64,000 nt of DNA from positions 372,558,001 through 372,622,000 of the forward strand of contig OZ024743.1 of assembly GCA_964016885.1 (NCBI GenBank), read 5' to 3'. Shown here piece by piece: positions 1-11,702 of this stretch (position 1 is its first letter; each line of letters begins with the position of its first letter). This DNA is from Eledone cirrhosa (taxonomy: Eukaryota). Below the pieces are notes generated by a model that was not told the DNA's origin, did not search any database, and was given only the letters and a program-made list of their open reading frames with translations. Both the position numbers and the translations under genes were made by a program.

Positions 1-186
1 AAACTTTTTTTTTTGTTTAACTATTTCGCCTAAAGGCGTAGAATATTTTGAGAGACTGACCAGATCAAAGTTTGACCTGGCAGTCCCTCTACAAAATGGT
101 ACAAAAATGAAAGTTTACAGTTCACAATTTCCGGATGAATTTAAACGAAACTTACCGAGCGAGCTCAGCACATGTGTCCATCGTAA
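1..186 (-). mobile_element. Possible 5' UTR of a further Tx1-like LINE continuing out of the window
   Basis: On the minus strand it directly follows the (TATC)n tail of the 244-5953 element, the same geometry as other junctions in the array. Strong hairpin at about 51-90. No ORF visible, so the call is positional inference. Confidence 0.3.
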
Positions 187-187
187 A

Positions 188-194
188 GAGAGAG

Positions 195-243
<49 letters not shown>
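188..243. repeat. (GA)n-(GATA)n microsatellite, tail/target of Tx1 element
   Basis: Direct read; abuts the element's AATAAA on the minus strand. Confidence 0.95.
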
Positions 244-244
<1 letters not shown>

Positions 245-475
245 ATTTCTATTTATTTGCCACGAGGGCACAAAAGAAGGGGACATTTACACAGTGGGGG
301 AGTTTACATAAATCGAGTAAAGAAAAAAGGAATAACAATAATAATATAACAATAAAAAGTCCTCAAAAGGGAGGGGGCGTGTTGGGGATTGCACATACCC
401 CCGAAAAGTGTGCAACTCTTTTCGCGGGGGAAGCCCAGAGAGGAGGCGCTCCCCCTTTCCTCTTCACTTCTTCAC

Positions 476-3400
476 CTACAGAACAATGTAGAGAGAAGGC
501 CCATTTACACGGGCCATTCTCGCTTCTTTCACCCACCTTTCATAAAACTGTCTGGGACCAAGCACTTCTCTCTCCATCCTGATCCTTCTTCCGAAGTGGT
601 ATCGGAAGAAGTAAACCAGGTGATGGCCGGAGAGAAAGTCACCCGACCTCAGACCTTTCAGGCGCGTCCACCACACAACCTCTTTCATCATGGCTATTAC
701 GCACAGAAAGACCGCCTCTGCTTCATTTCTGAAGGGAGGAGGCGGCTTGATGTTCACCACAGACTCGGCGGTTAATCGAATCGGCGCCACACGCGACAGC
801 AGTCGTTCGACGTAGCCCCACAGATCGGCAACGCCCGGGCAGTGTACCAGTGCATGCGCAACGGTTTCCTCGTCGCGCACGCATCTGGGACAGATCTTTT
901 TCGCGGGATCCCTGCCCGGGCGCCCGTGTCTGTAGAGCTTTTCTCGAACGGGCAGAGCCCCCCGGTAACACTGCCAGGCTAGGGACCTCTGGAAGTTGTC
1001 CATGGGTCCCGGGCCGAAAGTTCTACCGAACAGGCTGGCCAGTTCGTCCTCCTCCATGCCTAGCGACTCTCCAAGGGTGTCGTCGCCCCTGCTAGCCACC
1101 AACCCTCTATAGAATGTCGAGGTGGATTCTCCACTGACAGTCGGGTCCGCTTGCCAGATAGCCGTGAGCGCCTGGGCACACTCGGTGTGCCAGTTGCCCA
1201 GTTTTCTCGGTCTTTGCTTCACCCAGGATTGCAGTTCGGTGAGCGAGACGAGCTGTGGGAAGGCTCGCCTCACAAACGGGGCCCACACCGGCTGACCGTT
1301 GAGGAATACCTGTAGATGCCGTAGCCTCAATGCGTGCCTACGCATCAACAGCCACGGCATACCCAGCCCTCCTTTCGAAGGGTGCTGGCAGCAGATGGAT
1401 CTCCTCACCATGGGAGGCCGCTTCTTCCAGAGGAACTGGAAGAGCATGCGTTCCATGATGGTGAGCTTTTCCTTGGGGCAAGGCACGACGGTCAGGCGGT
1501 AGTAGATGACGGACGCTATGTAAGCGTTCGTCACCTCCGCCCGACCTTTCAGTGATAGTTTGCACTTGGCCCACTTCTGGGTCAGCGCAAATACCCTGCT
1601 CGTCACCTCGCCCCAATTCTTCTCCACCTGGAGGTCCGGTCCGAACCAGACCCCGAGCAGCTTCACCGGGCCCTCCGTCCACCGCCCGACGACACCGTCT
1701 AACGGCATCGGTTTGCCCCTCCACGTTCCGAGTTGCAAACCGACTGACTTGTCCTGGTTCAGCTTAGCCCCCGTCAGCCTTTCGTATTCCTCCAGTAGGG
1801 TGGCGATCGCCCCGATTTCCGAGGCGTCCGCCACCATTACTGTTACGTCGTCGGCATAGGCCGAGACCGCTTTGTGCAATCCCGGTTCCAGGGGTATGCC
1901 CCGCAGCAACTCCAACTTCCGCAGCAGTGGCTCGAGAGTCAATACGTACAGAAGGGAGGAGAGGGGGCACCCCTGTCTGATGGATCGGGTGATTTGAAAC
2001 GGCTCCGAGAGGTAGCCGTTTACTTTAATCCTAGAGTAGATGTTGCCACTGTGCATGGCAGAAATCCAGCCCCTGAAAACGGGTCCGAAGCCCGCCGCCG
2101 CTAGCACCGCATCCAGGTAACCATGGTCGACCCTATCGAACGCCTTAGATTGATCCAAGTTGATCAGGGCCCCACCAAAGCCGGGTTCGTAGCCAACCCT
2201 CTCTATGATGTATCGCATGAGGTGGAGGTTGTCGTGAATGGACCTGGACGGGATAGCGCATGTCTGCGCGTCTCCCACCAAACCACCCACCACAAGCGCC
2301 AACCTCTTCGCCAACACCTTGGCCAAAATCTGTAACTCTGCATTCAGCAGAGTTATGGGCCTAAAGTTACTTAAGTCGTCCCCCTTGCTCTCGTCCTTCC
2401 TCACTAGCGTGACCACGCCCTTGGTCACAGAACAGGGAATTCTCCCGTTCTGTTGCCAGTTGCAATAGACAGCCTCGAGGAGTTCGGAGAACAAGACCGG
2501 CATAGCTAAATAAAGTTCGTATGGTAGACCATTGAGACCCGGGGATTTGCGTCTGCTGCATTGACTGAGCGCTTCCCCGATTTCAGTGGCTGTGATTGGC
2601 CTTTCGCAGCACTCCGCTTCGCCGCTCGAAAGACGCGGTAGACCGTCGAGGTATGGACCGAAGTCCACATCCCCGTCCGGCCCCCCGCCACCTCCGAACA
2701 GTCGAGCAAAGTGCCTTTGAAAGGTCTCGCACATTCGCTCAGGTTCAAGGATCACCCGCCCATCCTGGTCTCGCAAAGACCGAATGGTGGATTTAATCCC
2801 ACTCTTGGCTTCTGTCACGCGGGCCCAGCTAACAGCTTTGGTCCCCTCGTTTCCTAAAGCACGTATTTTACTTCGGACAACGCAGCCTTCGTGCTTCGCG
2901 TCAAAGAACTGGCTCAACGCCGTTCTCGCCGCTAACACTCTGGCTACGTCTCCGCTTCTAATCGCCTCTTCTAGTTTATCTGTTAACTCCCTTTCCTTCC
3001 TATTTCTATTCGCCGCTAGTTCCTTACTGTAACCTATCGAACTTACTCTAATCTCTCTCTTTAGAGATACCCACCACCTACTGTTGACGATCGCTCCCGT
3101 CAACCGCATCTTAACTAAGCTACTAATCCGGTTTCTGTAATCTTTCTTTGTCGGTAAGGACAAGTTCATCTTCCAGTAACCGGGACCCTGTCTATGCGTT
3201 CTATCAAGGTTGACCACGCAGGTCACTAATTTGTGATCTGAATAGCCAACCATGATCAGTTCTGGACAACTAAATACGTCCCTATCCTTACTCCTAACCA
3301 AAAACCTATCTAGGTACGATCTAGATTGTCCACTGCGGTTTGCCCAGGTCCAGGTTGGCGCAGTTGGACAATCTAGTCGAAATCTATCGACCAGGTCGAA

Positions 3401-3908
3401 TCGATCGAGTAACCCCTTGAGGCTGCTACACCCCCCTCTATCGGGACATGCCCCTGCATAGTCCCAACGCGCATCTAGGATTCCATTCCAGTCCCCCACT
3501 AAAAGCAGGGAACGCGACGTTCCTAGAAAAGTCTCCAGACGCTGGAAGAAGTCGGCTCTTTCCGCCCCGAAGGGAGCATAAAGACCGACCAGTCTGAAAG
3601 CCCCGCCTTCACCGCCTCCGACGTCCAGCACCAGTAATCGACCCCCGGGTCCGAGTGAACAATCTGTACGTCGAGAGTCAGACGTTTATCCAGCAGTACG
3701 GCAACTCCCCCCCCCCCCCGCCTCCGTGTTGACAGAGAGATGCGTGCATCTCAAAGTCATCGAAGGCGGGCGCCAGCTGTCTCACGCTGCTGATCCGACT
3801 CTCGCAAACAACCGTCACATCTATACTTTGTGACCTGAGGTCACTTAGAAGCTTTGCTTGCTTCCAAGCTGAGCCCAGGCCACGCGCGTTCAAACAGCCT
3901 ACTCTCAA
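476..3908 (-). pseudogene. Tx1 ORF2: AP endonuclease + reverse transcriptase + C-terminal CCHC finger, one frameshift
   Basis: LNARG, VGDWN, SYLD, SDH (APE); KSPG, RPITLLN, LDQSKAFD, QGCPLS, YADD (RT); CPRC..HALVHC. The N-terminal 3678-3908 segment is in another frame, split at the C13 run near 3707-3719. Confidence 0.92.
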
Positions 3909-3913
3909 TTGAT

Positions 3914-5750
3914 CTATTTTGGTGTTGAAAGTGAAGAAAGAAAAGCACTTACCTCTCCGGGTTGCGTAATTTCCATGGCATCAGGTGTGTTGGGTGGAGG
4001 GATGTTTTGTGGTGGTGTGGGGGTACACGTGTGTGGTGGGGTTGGGGTATTTGGAGTTGTGTCAGGGAGAGGGGCGGTTATGGGGAAATCTTTCAAGAGG
4101 ACGCGATTCAACGGTTTTAAACAGGGGGGGCTCACGTCCCGTCTAAATTGTTCTTTTAAGGAACGATAAAGGTCCAGAGGGACCTTTATCATTTTTAAAT
4201 GGGTGAAGTTCTCTGTTGAGATAAAGTTTGGCCCTTCGGTCTGCACCATAGGGTTATTGTTTATTAATTTAACCAGTTTTTTGTTTTCTTTATTTATATA
4301 TGTGTATTGCAACGTCTTTTTTTGTGATGCTGTCAATGTTTCGGAGAGGGGAGGCGCAGATTTATTTTTGTTTGTTGAGGGTGGGGTGTTTTTGATTGGA
4401 GTTGGTGTTTGTGTGTGGGTTATTTGTGGTGTGCTGGGTGTGTGTTTTCTTTTTTTTTCTTTTAACTTGTCTGAAGGCTTCTCCTCCTTCTTCTTCAGAA
4501 GTTGGGGGAAACTCTTCAGCGCTAGGTGGGAGGGACGTGTTGTGTGGTTGTTTTTTTTTTGCGGGAGGGGTAGATTTGTTACTGTTTTTTTTATTATTTG
4601 TTTGGAATGGGTTTTGTGGTGGTGGTGGTAATGTTTGTGTCGTGCTTGTGGTTGGTGATGGTGGTGTTTGTGTTGTGGTTGGTGGTGGTGGTTTTTGTGT
4701 CGTGCTTGTGTTTGGTGCTGGTGGTGGTGATGTTTGTGTTGTGTTTGTGGTTGGTGGTGTCTGTATTTTGTTTGCTGTGTGTGGTATTAGTGTATTTTTG
4801 GAGGTGGGTGGTGTTGGTGTACTGTTTGTGGTGGGTGTGGGCAATAGTCCTTTTTGGGGGATACGTTTCGGGCAGTTAGCCTTAACGTGTCCCCTTTCCA
4901 TGCATAAATAGCATGCTGGTCTTCTCCCCTCTACAATTATGTCTATTGGGGTAAGGTCATCCAGCCAGATGCGATCCGGGATTTGTGCTATTCTTTCGGG
5001 CCTCATTTGGACTAGTATGTCGAGGCCCATTCCCAGGAACGCATCTCCAGTTGCCTTCCCCATTGACAGCATTGTGTCTTCGCCCATATCAATGAAGCCA
5101 GCAATAGCCCACCAGAAGTCCATTGTGAGCAGCATTGTTTTTACTTTTACTCTCTGTGTTCTTCTACCCATGTAGGAGGGATAGAAGCTATATGTTGTCG
5201 ATGAGAGTGGGCTTAAGGAAAGCTTCTCCGCCGTTTCCTTGTCTCTTGTTAGGACCGAAATGCTGCCATAGAGTCGGTCCTTTCGTATGAAGAGAATATT
5301 TTTCATATAGTCTTTTAGGACTAACTCTATTTCCATTTGGCTGGGCTGTGCTGGCTTTCTTGTCTGGTTCAGTATAGTTCTGTAGAGAACTGTGTTTTCT
5401 GCTCTGGCTTTCTTGAATTCTGGGGGGGGGGGGGGGGGGTTAATGGAAAACATTCCGTTCTCCCCCAAAACAATGTGTTTCTTTGCTTCGGCCAGTTTTT
5501 CTCTGGCGGCAGTTAGGTCAATTGGTGTGTATGTAATGGATTGTTTTGTTTTCTGGGCGAAAGTTGCCCTGTTGTTATTTGTATTATTTTCTGTTTGTTT
5601 GTTTTCTGTTTGCTCATTTTCCTTAACATTTGTTTTTTCATTTTCTTTGTTTGTTTCATTGTGTAATTTTGTTGTAATTATTTTTTGTTCTTCAGACTTG
5701 GGGGGCGTGGCAGAGCTAATGGCAGACATGTCTGCCATCTTTTCCGCCAT
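3914..5750 (-). pseudogene. Tx1 ORF1 (gag-like nucleic-acid-binding protein), probably frameshifted
   Basis: ATG at 5750 (MAEKMADMS); zinc knuckle CYLCMERGHVKANC; Pro/Thr-rich region. ORF 4362-5777 followed by 3914-4336 in another frame, with poly-T runs at about 4445-4560 between them. Confidence 0.8.
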
Positions 5751-5953
5751 GCTGCCAAGAAAGAAATTTTTCGGCAAAAATAGATATTTATTTTACCCCC
5801 TAAAAAGGGGGTAAATGCAAAAATGTTTCCCTAAAAAACAGGGGTTAGTGTTCCAAATGTGTTGCACTGAAAAATTTATCCGGTACTTACAATAGTAAGG
5901 GTAAATCCCGATGGAATAGCGGAGCCGATGTGAAGCGTGTCTTACTCTATCAA

Positions 5954-5977
5954 GATAGATAGATAGATAGATAGATA
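5954..5977. repeat. (GATA)n spacer between Tx1 elements
   Basis: Direct read. Confidence 0.95.
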
Positions 5978-7453
5978 TCTTTATTAGCCAGAAGCGCGCA
6001 CAAGAAAAGGGGACAATACAAATCCATGCCTGGGATTTTACATACAGTCGTGTAAAATATATAAAAACAAACAATTACAACAATCGAAATCCCCAATAGG
6101 GGGGAGGCGCCACAAATGGGTTGTTTAATACCCCGTTGATAGAACAACCCTCAACTCCAGGAGCGTGTTGTGCAACTTCTCCTTTCTTCCTTTTGCTCTC
6201 TTCCTCAACCTACAGGCTTATAAACAGAGAAGGCCCAATCACTCGGGCCATTTTTGCTTCATTCACCCACCTTTCAGTAAATTTACTGGGGTGCAGTGCC
6301 TCTCTCTCCACCCTGATTCTGCTTCTAAAGTGATACTTAATTGTTGTCCGGAGAGAAAGGCATCTGTCCTCAGTCCTCTCAACCTCGTCCACCATATAAC
6401 TTCTTTCACCATAGCCATCGTACAGAGGAAAACCGCCTCTCTTTCGTTTTTGAAAGAGGCTGGCGGTTTGATCCTTACTATGGACTCGGCAGTCAACTGG
6501 ATTTGTCCCATACGCGACAGCAGTTGTTCTGCATAGTTCCACAGGTCGGTTACGCCCGGGCAGTGTACAATTGCGTGCAGGACTGTTTCAATGTCTTGCG
6601 CGCATCTTGGACACGTCCTCTTGGAAGGATCCATGCCGGGGCGTCCGTGCCTGTAGATCTTGTCACGAACCGGTAGAGCTCCTCGGTAGCACTGCCAGGC
6701 CAGGGACCTCTGGAAGTTGTCCATAGGTCCCGGGCGGAAAGTCCTACCAAACAGACTGGTGAGCTCATCGTCTTCGACGCCCAGAGTCTCTCCGAGCACG
6801 TCATCGCCCTTGTAACGTACAATCTCTCTATAGAATGTCGAAGTGGAGTCTCCACTGATTGCTGCGCCCGCTTGCCAGAGGACTGAGCGCCTGAGCGCAT
6901 TCAATGTGCCAGGCGCCCATCGTTTCGGTCTTTTCTTCACCCAGGACTGCAGCTCCGTCAGCGAGACGAGCTGTGGGAAAGCCTGTCTCACAAACGGTGC
7001 CCACACCGGTTGGAGGTCGGTGAGGAATACCTGGAGATGCCGCAGCCTCAGCGCATGTTTGCGCATCATCAGCCACAGCATTCCCAGCCCTCCGTTGGAA
7101 GGGTGCTGACAGCAGACGGATCTCCTCACCAGCGGAGCCTGCTTCTTCCACAGAAACTGGAAGAGCATGCGTTCCATCTTGGCAAGGTGTTCACGGGGAC
7201 AAGGCACGACAGTCAAGCGGTAGTAGATGACGGACGCTATGAAAGTGTTCGCCACCTCCGCTCGACCTTTCAAGGACAGTTTGCACTCTGCCCACTTCTG
7301 GGTGAGTGCAAACACCTTGGCCGTGACCTCGTTCCAGTTTTTCTCCACCTGGAGGTCTGGACCGAACCAGACCCCGAGCAATTTCACCGGTCCGTCCGTC
7401 CAGCGTCCAACGACACTGTCGGACGTCATCGGTTTGCCTCTCCACGTACCGAG
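5978..7453 (-). mobile_element. 5'-truncated Tx1 LINE (subfamily B), ORF2 C-terminus + 3' UTR
   Basis: Translation homologous to the ORF2 C-terminus (GTWRGKPM...CPRC..HC); distinct 3' UTR; AATAAA then TATC tail. Confidence 0.92.
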
Positions 7454-7480
7454 ATAGATAGATAGATAGATAGATAGATA
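7454..7480. repeat. (GATA)n spacer between Tx1 elements
   Basis: Direct read. Confidence 0.95.
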
Positions 7481-9043
7481 TATTTCTTTATTAGCCACAG
7501 GGGCACAAAAGAAGGGGACAAATACAAAGGGGGAAGTTTACATACAATAAAGACGTGTAAAATGTTATCACAGATGGAATTTAAAAGTTAGTCGATTTTC
7601 CCCAATAGAGGGAGACAGTTTATATGGGTAACACATACCCCCGAAAAAAAAAATGTGCAACCCTCATCTCCAGGAGTACGAAGAGCTTGTACTCCTTTCC
7701 TATCCTCCTCCTTTTCCTCAACCTACAGGCTGATATAGAGAGAAGGCCCATTCACTCGGGCCATTCTCGCCACTTTCACCCACCTTTCATAAAATTTGCT
7801 GGGGTACAGTACCTCTCTCTCCATCCTGATTCTTCTTCCAAAGTGGTATTTGAAAAAAAGAATCAGTTGTTGGCCGGAGAGAAAGGTGTCTGACCTCAGC
7901 CCTTTCAACCTTGTCCACCATACAACCTCTTTCGCCATAGCTATCACACAAAGGAAAACCGCCTCTCCTTCGTTTTTGAAGGAGGGTGGCGGTTTGATCA
8001 TGACAATGGACTCGGTGGTCAACTGGATTGGTCCCACCCGCGACAATAGTCGTTCTACATAGCCCCACAGGTCGGTAACGCCAGGGCAGTGTACGAATGC
8101 GTGCGCGACGGTTTCTTCGTCTCGCACGCATCTCGGACAGATCTTTTTTGCAGGGTCCCTGCCCGGGCGCCCATGTCTGTAGAGCTTGTCTCGAACTGGT
8201 AGAGCTCCTCGGTAGCATTGCCAGGCCAGGGACTTTTGGAAGTTGTCCATCGGTCCCGGGCGGAAGGTCCTACCGAACAGACTGGCCAGTTCATCTTCCT
8301 CTACGCCTAGAGTTTCACCGAGCGCGTCGTCGCACTTGCTGCGGACCAACCCTCTATAGAATGACGAAGTGGAGTCTCCACTGATCGCCGGGTCCGCCTG
8401 CCAGAGGGCTGTGAGCGCCTGAGCACATTCGATGTGCCAGTCGCCCATTTTCCTCGGTCTCTGCTTGACCCATGACTGCAGCTCGGTCAGCGAGACGAGT
8501 CGTGGGAAGGCTTGCCTCACGAACGGGGCCCACACCAGTTGTCCGGTGAGGAATACGTAGAAATGTGTTTCTTTGCTTCGGCCAGTTTTTCTCTGGCGGC
8601 AGTTAGGTCAATTGGTGTGTATGTAATGGATTGTTTTGTTTTCTGGGCGAAAGTTGCCCTGTTGTTATTTGTATTATTTTCTGTTTGTTTGTTTTCCGTT
8701 TGCTCATTTTCCTTAACATTTGTTTTTTCATTTTCTTTGTTTGTTTCCTTGTCTAATTTTGTTGTAATTATTTTTTGTTCTTCAGACTTGGGGGGCGTGG
8801 CAGAGCTAATGGCAGACATGTCTGCCATCTTTTCCGCCATGCTGCCAAGAAAGAAATTTTTCGGCAAAAATAGATATTTATTTTACCCCCTAAAAAGGGG
8901 GTAAATGCAAAAATGTTTCCCTAAATAACAGGGGTTAGTGTTCCAAATGTGTTGCACTGAAAAATTTATCCGGTACTTACAATAGTAAGGGTAAATCCCG
9001 ATGGAATAGCGGAGCCGATGTGAAGCGTGTCTTACTCTATCAA
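7481..9043 (-). mobile_element. Internally deleted/chimeric Tx1: 5' UTR and ORF1 start joined to ORF2 3' end (subfamily C)
   Basis: 8562-9043 nearly identical to 5472-5953; 7481-8565 is the ORF2 C-terminus and 3' UTR; junction microhomology AATG. Confidence 0.9.
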
Positions 9044-9067
9044 GATAGATAGATAGATAGATAGATA
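9044..9067. repeat. (GATA)n at upstream end of Tx1 array
   Basis: Direct read. Confidence 0.95.
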
Positions 9068-9332
9068 ATTTCTGCATAACAAGAGCTTCTAGATGTAAAC
9101 TTTCAGATGTAAAATTCCTAACTCTTCAGATGCCTGGAAATAATTAAGCAAAGAAAAAAAATGAAGAATACAGAATAGTAAGATGTTGTTAAGGGCCTCA
9201 ATTGGTTGGCTCAGATCATGTAGTGTGTTGCTAAATCAGTAACATCAGTTAAATATAACTACAACAGGAAATTGATGACTTGTGGCACCATTAATTTTGA
9301 AACAGTTTAGTGTCACCTAATATATTCATATG

Positions 9333-9600
9333 AAAGCACGTGGCCTAGTGGTAAGGGTGTTGGACTTATGATCATAAAGTTGTGGGTTCAATTCCTGGAC
9401 TGGGTTGTGAGTTGTGTTCTTGAGCAAAACACTTTATTTCATACTGCTCCAGTATACTCAACTGAAAATGAGTACCAGAAATAGCTGGGAGTTTTAACCC
9501 TGTGATGGTCTGGCGTCCTGTCCAGAGGGGAAGTCTTGTACTTTCAGTCACTTAACGCCATGGAAACTGGGATAAGCACTGACCTGATGAACCTCCAGAC
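9333..9600 (+). mobile_element. Degraded tRNA-derived SINE
   Basis: A box TGGCCTAGTGG, B box GGTTCAATTCC, central CTTGAGCAAAACACTTTATTTC shared with the SINE family at 14.6 kb. Confidence 0.7.
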
Positions 9601-11509
9601 TTTAGACTAAAATATATTCATAGGCAGTTTTGTGGTATCATTACATCTGGTAAATCTTCTGTTTTGTGTACCTGGTGTTGCTGGCAGACTAGATGATATT
9701 TTGGTAAGTCTGAAGTTGTGTGTCAGAGTGATGTAGGTGCTGTTTTTAAGGTGCAGGGGAGTGTAGGCTGTCCTGCACATACATATGAGCTAGACAGAGA
9801 TAAAGTGGTTTTTGTTGAGTGTCCGGGGTCTCTAACTTGAAGTTGACTAACAGACCACTTCTCCAGGGGCAACAAAACATGAAATCAGTTTTTCCTGTTG
9901 ATAGATATTGGATGTTGCTATCCCTCGCTAAGGCAAAGTTGACAGTAGTGGCTCCTAGAGTCATAAAGTCATAAGGAGGTACTTGTCCAGGATGCTCCAA
10001 TTAATGCTAGAGGGTCACCATTTTGTAAAGAATAAAGATTTAAAATAGATGCACCATATCCCTGTGTGTCATAAAGGGTGACTAAAAGGGTTGGTACTAG
10101 GGAGGGCATTCATTTGTAAACATTGCCTGAAAAGGTACTCCATGATAAGTATGAAGTCTATCATAGGACCTGTAATGTTAACTCCTGTCTTAGCAGGGAA
10201 AATGGTCTTAAAACCCTTATTGAGTGTTGTATATAGTGTATTAGTGTGTGTGTGTTTATAGTGTGAGTGTGTGTGTGTTTATAGTGTGTGTGTGTGTGCA
10301 TTTATCCGTATATGTTTAAGTGTATGTGTGTGTTTATTTGTATATCTATAGTGTGACTATTTGTATATGTATAGTGTGTGTGTGTGTTTACTTGTATATG
10401 TATAAGTGTGTGTGTGTACATTTATTTAAATATATATATAGTGTGTGTGTTTATTTGTATATATATAGTGTGAGTGTGTGTGTTTATTTGTATATGTATA
10501 GTGTGTGTGTGTGTTTATTTGTATATACAGTGTGTGTGTATTTGTATATTTCTATTTGAACAATGTTCATGTATGTATGTGTGTTATGCAGTTGTTATGT
10601 ATTGTTGTTTTATATTGTTGCTGTTACATATTGCTGTTGTAGCTTTATATTTATTTATATCTATTTATATTTATCTATTGAAGTGTGTCTGTTGAAGGTT
10701 TTGTGGAATCGGCTTCATGTGAAATGTCTGTTGGTTGGTTGATAACCCAGACTTGAGGCCATCCTACCATCTTATTCAGCTATTCCTTACCTCAAACTCC
10801 TCACTACATAATACCACAACCACAGATTAGGCAGCTATATCATTACATTTAACCATATCCAATCAAGGACCACTTAACAGTTAGTTCCATTAATTTTCTC
10901 CAATCAATGGAAAACTTATGAATTCCTCCCTAAAAATCCAATTTTCACGATCAAAATATTAAGCTGGGTTCATTAAATATGTTTGTGTGCATGTGTGTGT
11001 GTGAATATGTTTGTGTGTGTTTGTGTGAATGTGTTTGTGTGAATGTGTGTGAGTGTGTGTGCTTGTGCGTGTGTTTGTGTGTGTGTTTGTGAGTGTGTGT
11101 GTGTGTATGAGAGAGAGAGTGTGTGTGTATGTATATATTGAAGAGTTCTGTTTTCAGTTTTTCAGATGAGTTATGAATATATTTGAAAAACGTAAGAAAA
11201 TCAATGCAAATAAGAGCCATACCCAAAACCGACTTAATCGCAATTAATCTGCTTAAATGAACACTAAATCTACAGTAATAGATTTTTCTCACATAGCATA
11301 TCTTCTGCACACACCCGCATAAGTCTGGCAGCTCCACCTAGACTTTAAAGGGAGTGTTGCAAACGGTTTCTCTTTTTTAAAAGCTTCACCAAGTAATTAA
11401 ACAAAATGATATAATACTTGTGAGATTGAAGTGATTAACCTTAATGTCAACAAGGTGTGCTCAAAGTTGTACATCACGTTCAGAATGTACGGGAAATTTA
11501 CTGCTCTCA

Positions 11510-11644
11510 ATTTCTCTCTTTCTCTTTCTTTATCTCTCCCTCATTCTCTTTCTATCAAACTCTATCTCTCTTTTTCTTTCTCTCTCTATGTCTCTCTTTC
11601 TACCTTTATTCTTTCTCTATCTATCTTTCCCTTCTTCTCTCTCT

Positions 11645-11700
<56 letters not shown>
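11510..11700. repeat. CT-rich tract ending in (CT)n
   Basis: Direct read. Confidence 0.9.

Positions 11701-11702
<2 letters not shown>

Larger units (their letters stand above)
244..5953 (-). mobile_element. Full-length Tx1/L1-clade non-LTR retrotransposon (subfamily A)
   Basis: 5' UTR, ORF1 with CCHC knuckle, ORF2 with APE-RT-Zn finger, 3' UTR with AATAAA; flanked on both sides by (GATA)n. Confidence 0.93.

Noticed and set aside
379-5814. Numerous plus-strand ORFs over the Tx1 element (likewise over the RTEs)
   Set aside because: Antisense shadow ORFs of retrotransposon coding sequence.
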